From Elusimicrobiota bacterium (GTDB lineage Bacteria > Elusimicrobiota > UBA8919), in assembly GCA_043816185.1 (NCBI GenBank), contig JBDRIG010000053.1:1-34251 (forward strand): DNA of 34,251 bases. Direction: 5' to 3'. The notes under the pieces were generated by a model. The model did not search any database, was not told where the DNA came from, and worked only from the letters and a program-made list of their open reading frames with translations. Of the stretch, positions 29,196 to 34,251 are shown piece after piece (position 1 is the stretch's first letter; every line of letters begins with the position of its first letter). Position numbers and translations under genes: made by a program.

Positions 29196-32100
29196 CTATG
29201 GTATTACCTCTCCACTAAATCGTATATCATCAACATATATTGTTCCAGATGAAGCACCACTGTTTGTTTCCACGATAAATTCAATTGAATCCACGGATTC
29301 CCAAGCAATTCCTGTTGGTAAATTGTAGGTAAGTTCTGTCCATATGTTTGCTGTGGGAGCCTTTTTTACAGATGTTGTTGAATAGATCGCTCCGTCCCAG
29401 AAACCTATTTTTATATTATTTGTTGTGGACGAACACCGTGCCCATATCTTAACTGATTTATATCCGCTCCAATTGGCATTGAGATTATCACCACTTGTAA
29501 CCTTGGCGTATCCACTAATAGCACCACTCCATTGCAAAAATACCGATGCTGCAGAGGATACAGGGCAAGTATAGTTGTGTGTTATGGGTTCTTTTCTACC
29601 CAAGTGGCTGGCGTTCCAGTTAACAAAATCGCCACCGTAAGTCCAGATTCGAGAAGGATCGTCCATGTTGTCCCAGTCCTCTACACTGGAAGACACCAAT
29701 CTAATATTATCAAAATATACATCGCTTGCTACACCACCTAACTGCTGAATAGAAAATGTAATAGCCGCGACAGTGCTATAATCTAACGCAGATGTAAATG
29801 TATATGAAATAGGTAACCATTGGTTGAGTGCCAAATTACTATTCCAAAGAGTTTCTATTGCAGGGTCAAACGTTCGAGGTCGAGGTTGAATACCTACATC
29901 TATTGTATTGGCAGAAGAATCTATATAAACATCTGCCTTAAAACCTGTAACGGGACTCTCCCAGTTTTCGTTTGAGAAAGTCCAATCGGTGCGCATATAT
30001 CCACCGTCTGCCCCTGCATTCCAGTGAGCTTTAAGACATTGTCTTCCCTGAAAACTTACCCATGTTAAAGTAGGTGCTGTCACTCCCCATCCTTCTGGAC
30101 ACCAGTAATGTGAATTACAATCGTCCCACAATGTCCATAATCTTACTGTTGCACTGGCACTATTAGAAATACCTGACCAGTTTCCCGCTTCATCACAAGT
30201 CCAAATTCTAAAATAGTATACCGTACCTTCGGTCAAGCCAGTTACTACCCTTCCTACTACAACATTAGGATTTACGCCTGATGTAGAAATGGCAATTTGT
30301 GCATTTGTTATTGACCATGGTTCGGAAGCCGAAACCGAATATTGAATTTTGTATTGACTCCCAAGTGGTAACACTCCTAACGAGCCGTCGTCCCCAGGTG
30401 TTTGCCATGTTAAATTGATTTCTCCACCAAGTATGCCTGTAACCGCCGATAAAGTATTTATTTGAGCAGGTGGTACAGCATCAACGACTTTTGCTGGTGC
30501 ACTGGCACTATTAGAAATACCTGACCAGTTTTCTGCTTCATCGCAAGTCCAAATTCTAAAATAATATACCGTACCTTCGGTCAAGCCAGTTACTACCCTT
30601 CCTACTACAACATTAGGATTTACGCCTGATGTAGAAATGACAATTTGTGCATTTGTTATTGACCATGGTTCGGAAGCCGAAACCGAATATTGAATTTTAT
30701 ATTGACTCCCTAATAAAAGTGTATTGCTCAAACCATCATCTCCAGGTGTAGACCAACTCAAATTTATCTCTCCACCAAGTGCGCCTGTCAACGCCGATAA
30801 ATTAGTTATTGCGGACGGCAATGTTGTATCGGCAACATAAAATGTCAATTTATCTGACGATGGACTCCAATTAAATGAGTCGTCACAAAGTTTTAGCCAG
30901 AAATAATACATTTTGTTTCCTGGCAAGTTCGATATTATTCTCGATTGATTGCTTCCAGCAACAACATTTGTTGACCATATAATACCATAATCCAAATATT
31001 TATTTGGTGCCGTATCCCAAGTATCGGTAGCGACGGTTGAAAACTTAATTTCATACATTCCATTTGAAATGTTTCCCGTCGTACCGTCGTCACCTGTCGC
31101 TGTCCATATAAGTTTAACATTACCATTGGTTGTCTGCGCACTCAAATCTGTAATTTTTCCTGGCGAAGTAATGTCATTATTAAAACCTAGTATAGTAAAT
31201 GCATTTTGAATATATGTAAGATTAGAAAAAGTGTTTTTTACAAGATTTGATCGTTTATTTTCTATTGCGATTAAAGCAGCACCTTGCTGAACTCCTACCA
31301 CATCTGGAGTACGCCACATACCGCCCACCGTGTTGTAAGAATCGCAAAATGTGTATTTGCCCCAAATATTATTTTTGTAGTTACCATAGAGATACCGCAT
31401 CGCACTGATTACCTGAGTAGGACGCTCTGTTATCGCCGTGAGCAAATTGCTTATTGCAACTGTACCGTCATGATCGCCAATACCATACGCATGATAACCG
31501 CCAGAACCGTCACTACCACCAAGCCCCCAACTGTTTTCGTTGTATGTAGAATAAAGTGTGCGATTATCGTAAGCATATTTATGTTGATGAATTGTTGCCT
31601 CAAAAGTATTTGTAGCATAACAGTCATAAGCATCTTTTTTACCTTGAAGATCAATAAACAATTGTGGATACTGATGAGTAAAAAGCGATTTCTCAAAAAT
31701 ATAACTTATATCATTATATGTTGCTGGCGCCCTTGTTAAACTATTCCAACCATTCGCATTGGGCAACTTTTTCACAGATTCAGGTGAACCCACTCCAAGC
31801 ATATATGCAAGTATGCATTCGCTATAGTTGCCCATTTCGGTTTGATTAAACCCACCTTCTGGTGTCCAACCCCAATCAAGTAAATTATTGCCATTTAGCA
31901 TCCAATTCCAATCAACTCGTCTATACATCTGGTCTGCAAAATCCCATGGCGCATTGTAACCATAATTCTTAAAATATTTTCCTGCAAACAATGCTCCTGA
32001 AAGAAATATCGACGAATCTATCGTTGAGAGTTCACTTCCGCTAACTCTTGCACCACCAAAGTTTGTATAATGGTAATAAAAACCTTTATACCGAACCAAC

Positions 32101-34025
32101 ATTGGAGAACCTGCTTCACTACTTTCAGGTGCATTAAAATATGCACTCAAGATTGTATATATTCGGTTATACGCATCGGTAAAATTTATCCATCCACGAG
32201 AATGGGCTATGCAGATATTTACCAATCCGAGTCCTGTGGCAGCAACACTCGTATATCCATATGTATCACTGGTAAAATTTTTCGTTCTATCTTGGACAAT
32301 ACCTTTATCAGGATTTGATTCTACCCAATAATACCAAAAAATTTGTTTTTGAATTAAATCCAATAACTGGTCGTCAGTCATAGTAGTTATATCGGGATAA
32401 TGTTTTACCGTTAAATTAGTTTTTGGTGCCATCGCAGACTCATTCCCAGAACTATCTCTTGCAATCGCACGAAGTTCATATGTCTGTGGTGATTCGGATA
32501 GTTCTGCTGTATCCCAATATGCAGAATAAGTATTGTCTGAAATATCATAATCTGTTCCTATGGTTATCCAACTTCCAGCACTTGGACGATATTCAAACCT
32601 GATACTTTCTAACGTAGAATCTTGCAGCCCACTGTTCGCTGTACAGGTAAGCCAATTTATCCAAGTGAAATTATCGCTGTCAGCGACAGTTCTGCCGACC
32701 GCTGTATCCATAACTTTAAGATTTGTTGGTACGATTGGAAGTGTTGTATCGCCCGAATAACCGCTTTTTTCAAATTGTACATCGTCAATATAAACAGTGC
32801 CAACTTCGTGCCCGTAAGGAGTGTCCCAATATTTGATAATAAACACCACTTCGTCTATTTTATATCCAGCAGTACTTAAACCAGAAAAATGATAAAATGG
32901 TATTGTCATTTTTTTCCAAGAAGTGCTTATATCAATAATAATATATGTGTTAATAGTATACCCTGTGCGTTTAAGCTCTACTTGCATTTTTTCTGGATTA
33001 TTAACACCAGGTTTTGCTTTTATCCAAAAAGTTATTTGGCTGTATGGAGAAAAATCTTGTGCCACCTTGCCCCAGCCAGTAGTGGTACCACCAACAATAT
33101 TAAAAACACCTGCATAAGAATCTACCACTCGTACATCATAGTCCATTTGGAGACAATTTGGGGACGAATGATATTGCGATGAACTAAAACTACGGACAAT
33201 GGACGCTGTATCAAAAACATCCCCCATCTCACCACCTGTACTATTTACACCTAATTTGTCGCCATAATAATCGAAACGAACAGTGCCCTGAAATTCTGAT
33301 CCTATTATTAAGTTATCAATGTAGATTGATCCTGAGGTTGAACTATTGTTGGTAGTTGCTGCTGATTTTTCAAACACAATTGTCATTTCATATATTTTTG
33401 TCCAATCTGTAACATTACAAAAATTATCGAAAGGAATTGTAACTTTTTTCCACTGAGTAGTAACCCCACCGTCTAAATAATCATTAATATAGATACGGGA
33501 CTTCCACCCACCAGCACCTGTGGAAAGTTCAATCTTGAAAAATTCACCACCTACCCCTCCTTTCACATAAAAACTCAGATATTTGTAGTCGCTTAAATCG
33601 CGAGGATTGGTATGATGAAATCTTGTCCAGTATCCTGAATACGATTCGTTAGCGGAAACATTGTAATTTATTTGTAATGAACAACCGCTGCCACCAACTG
33701 CAACCGTTGAAACTATAATTTCATTTGCAGTACCACCACTTCCAGTAAACGATCCACCAGGAGCACCAAGATTGTTTGGCGAAACACCATCATCAAAATC
33801 GTCAATTATTAATGTTGATGGATTTTTTACATACACGCTACCAGTAGTCGATGTTGATACAGTTAACGATATTAAATTATCCACAAAAATAGATAAAACG
33901 AGTAGCGTCGTTAACGCCGTCGCAAGATTACGCCCGACTTTAACTGGTTGAAAAAATACTCCTGTTAAAGTGGAAAATAGGACAAGCGATTTTTTTGTAA
34001 GTTTGTTTTTAATTTGTGTAATCAT
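29196..34025 (-). CDS. Large secreted GH144/SGL-clan glucanase: 2x CBM11/CIA30-like, Ig-like, catalytic domain, 3x FN3-like, 2x CBM-like
   Basis: Catalytic region ~32381-31180 (SVAATGLGL, KGFYYHY, SELSTIDS, WGWTPE, YSE, LFTHQY, WGLGGSDG, HDGTVA, IENKRS); FN3-like W(T/S/Q)(A/T)(T/P)GDDG repeats ~31180-30140; CBM-like ends IYIDNL, VYIDDVQF, VYFDNIRL, IYVDDIRF. Confidence 0.82.
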   Translation of the reverse strand: MITQIKNKLTKKSLVLFSTLTGVFFQPVKVGRNLATALTTLLVLSIFVDNLISLTVSTSTTGSVYVKNPSTLIIDDFDDGVSPNNLGAPGGSFTGSGGTANEIIVSTVAVGGSGCSLQINYNVSANESYSGYWTRFHHTNPRDLSDYKYLSFYVKGGVGGEFFKIELSTGAGGWKSRIYINDYLDGGVTTQWKKVTIPFDNFCNVTDWTKIYEMTIVFEKSAATTNNSSTSGSIYIDNLIIGSEFQGTVRFDYYGDKLGVNSTGGEMGDVFDTASIVRSFSSSQYHSSPNCLQMDYDVRVVDSYAGVFNIVGGTTTGWGKVAQDFSPYSQITFWIKAKPGVNNPEKMQVELKRTGYTINTYIIIDISTSWKKMTIPFYHFSGLSTAGYKIDEVVFIIKYWDTPYGHEVGTVYIDDVQFEKSGYSGDTTLPIVPTNLKVMDTAVGRTVADSDNFTWINWLTCTANSGLQDSTLESIRFEYRPSAGSWITIGTDYDISDNTYSAYWDTAELSESPQTYELRAIARDSSGNESAMAPKTNLTVKHYPDITTMTDDQLLDLIQKQIFWYYWVESNPDKGIVQDRTKNFTSDTYGYTSVAATGLGLVNICIAHSRGWINFTDAYNRIYTILSAYFNAPESSEAGSPMLVRYKGFYYHYTNFGGARVSGSELSTIDSSIFLSGALFAGKYFKNYGYNAPWDFADQMYRRVDWNWMLNGNNLLDWGWTPEGGFNQTEMGNYSECILAYMLGVGSPESVKKLPNANGWNSLTRAPATYNDISYIFEKSLFTHQYPQLFIDLQGKKDAYDCYATNTFEATIHQHKYAYDNRTLYSTYNENSWGLGGSDGSGGYHAYGIGDHDGTVAISNLLTAITERPTQVISAMRYLYGNYKNNIWGKYTFCDSYNTVGGMWRTPDVVGVQQGAALIAIENKRSNLVKNTFSNLTYIQNAFTILGFNNDITSPGKITDLSAQTTNGNVKLIWTATGDDGTTGNISNGMYEIKFSTVATDTWDTAPNKYLDYGIIWSTNVVAGSNQSRIISNLPGNKMYYFWLKLCDDSFNWSPSSDKLTFYVADTTLPSAITNLSALTGALGGEINLSWSTPGDDGLSNTLLLGSQYKIQYSVSASEPWSITNAQIVISTSGVNPNVVVGRVVTGLTEGTVYYFRIWTCDEAENWSGISNSASAPAKVVDAVPPAQINTLSAVTGILGGEINLTWQTPGDDGSLGVLPLGSQYKIQYSVSASEPWSITNAQIAISTSGVNPNVVVGRVVTGLTEGTVYYFRIWTCDEAGNWSGISNSASATVRLWTLWDDCNSHYWCPEGWGVTAPTLTWVSFQGRQCLKAHWNAGADGGYMRTDWTFSNENWESPVTGFKADVYIDSSANTIDVGIQPRPRTFDPAIETLWNSNLALNQWLPISYTFTSALDYSTVAAITFSIQQLGGVASDVYFDNIRLVSSSVEDWDNMDDPSRIWTYGGDFVNWNASHLGRKEPITHNYTCPVSSAASVFLQWSGAISGYAKVTSGDNLNANWSGYKSVKIWARCSSTTNNIKIGFWDGAIYSTTSVKKAPTANIWTELTYNLPTGIAWESVDSIEFIVETNSGASSGTIYVDDIRFSGEVIP
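30150..30710. repeat. Intragenic direct repeat (FN3-like modules, 348-bp period)
   Basis: 30150-30362 vs 30498-30710: 6 differences in 213 bp by manual alignment. Confidence 0.9.
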
Positions 34026-34056
34026 ATTTAAATACGAACGGTCTAAAAACCGTTCA

Positions 34057-34123
34057 CTTCTCGCAACGACAACTAACCGAGATTACTTCGCTTCGCCCAT
34101 TTCATTCGCTACGCCCGCAATGG
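34057..34123. repeat. REP-like dispersed repeat, copy C (inverted, partial)
   Basis: ccgagattacttcgcttcgcccatttcattcgct is the near reverse complement of agcgaatgaaatgagcgacgaagcaatctcgg; ctcgcaacgac is the reverse complement of 25343-25353. Confidence 0.7.
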
Positions 34124-34129
34124 TATAAT
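34121..34129 (+). promoter_or_regulatory. Candidate extended -10 promoter pointing away from the locus
   Basis: TGgTATAAT is an exact extended -10 consensus; -35 region weak (ttcatt). Confidence 0.35.
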
Positions 34130-34147
34130 GGAAAAGCAAGCTTCCTT

Positions 34148-34248
34148 CCGGGGAGGTCATAAAGTAACGCATAAAAGCGCAGACCTTTTGTGATCTTTTC
34201 AAACGATCAAAAGTGGTGTATAATATATACACCGGACTTTAACCCCGG
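34148..34248. ncRNA. Candidate structured RNA / regulatory element of unknown family
   Basis: Nested complementary segments ccgggg/ccccgg, taaagt/acttta, cgc/gcg, cttttgtgatc/gatcaaaag, ggtgtata/tatacacc, plus crossing aggtc/gacct. Confidence 0.4.
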
Positions 34249-34251
34249 TAA

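Noticed and set aside
28013..30710. Diversity-generating retroelement template/variable repeat pairs
   Set aside because: Both repeat pairs lie in coding domains, the differences are not adenine-specific and no reverse transcriptase is present.
1306..33182. Numerous short plus-strand and alternate-frame ORFs in the track
   Set aside because: They are antisense to or nested in well-supported minus-strand genes and have no recognisable motifs; treated as shadow ORFs.
34136..34160. Minus-strand ccggaaggaagc resembles the SRP RNA helix-8 loop
   Set aside because: The flanking CAGG and AGCAG symmetric-loop bases are missing (cctc...agcttgc) and no long SRP stem is evident.
34081..34251. Known riboswitch or ribozyme (c-di-GMP-I/II, yybP-ykoY, glmS, fluoride)
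   Set aside because: Only short partial word matches; the conserved cores were not found by eye on either strand, so it is reported as an unknown element.

Overview
AT-rich bacterial DNA in which every supported gene lies on the minus strand. The gene style suggests an Elusimicrobiota-like diderm (inference). Positions ~6.3-34 kb form one co-oriented glycan-utilisation locus, most likely for beta-1,2-glucan. It encodes two multidomain GH144/SGL-clan glucanases, a GH35 enzyme, a GH94 phosphorylase and a sugar ABC transporter with a binding-protein/permease fusion. It also carries an unusual envelope module with no SusC/SusD in the window: about 10 CBM11/CIA30-like domains over five genes, a CBM-fused predicted beta-barrel, a CBM lipoprotein, two WxL/pilin-like domains, and two pairs of a T9SS-type-CTD cargo followed directly by a PorV/PorP-like barrel. 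Positions 1-6 kb are signalling genes (two histidine kinases, a FIST sensor, a GAF-GGDEF protein, a single-domain receiver). The intergenic DNA holds two copies of a 117-bp MITE, REP-like elements and degenerate heptamer arrays, some of which lie inside signal-peptide coding regions. A compact, possibly pseudoknotted structured element sits at the right edge upstream of the locus. All family assignments come from motif recognition by eye; no searches were run.
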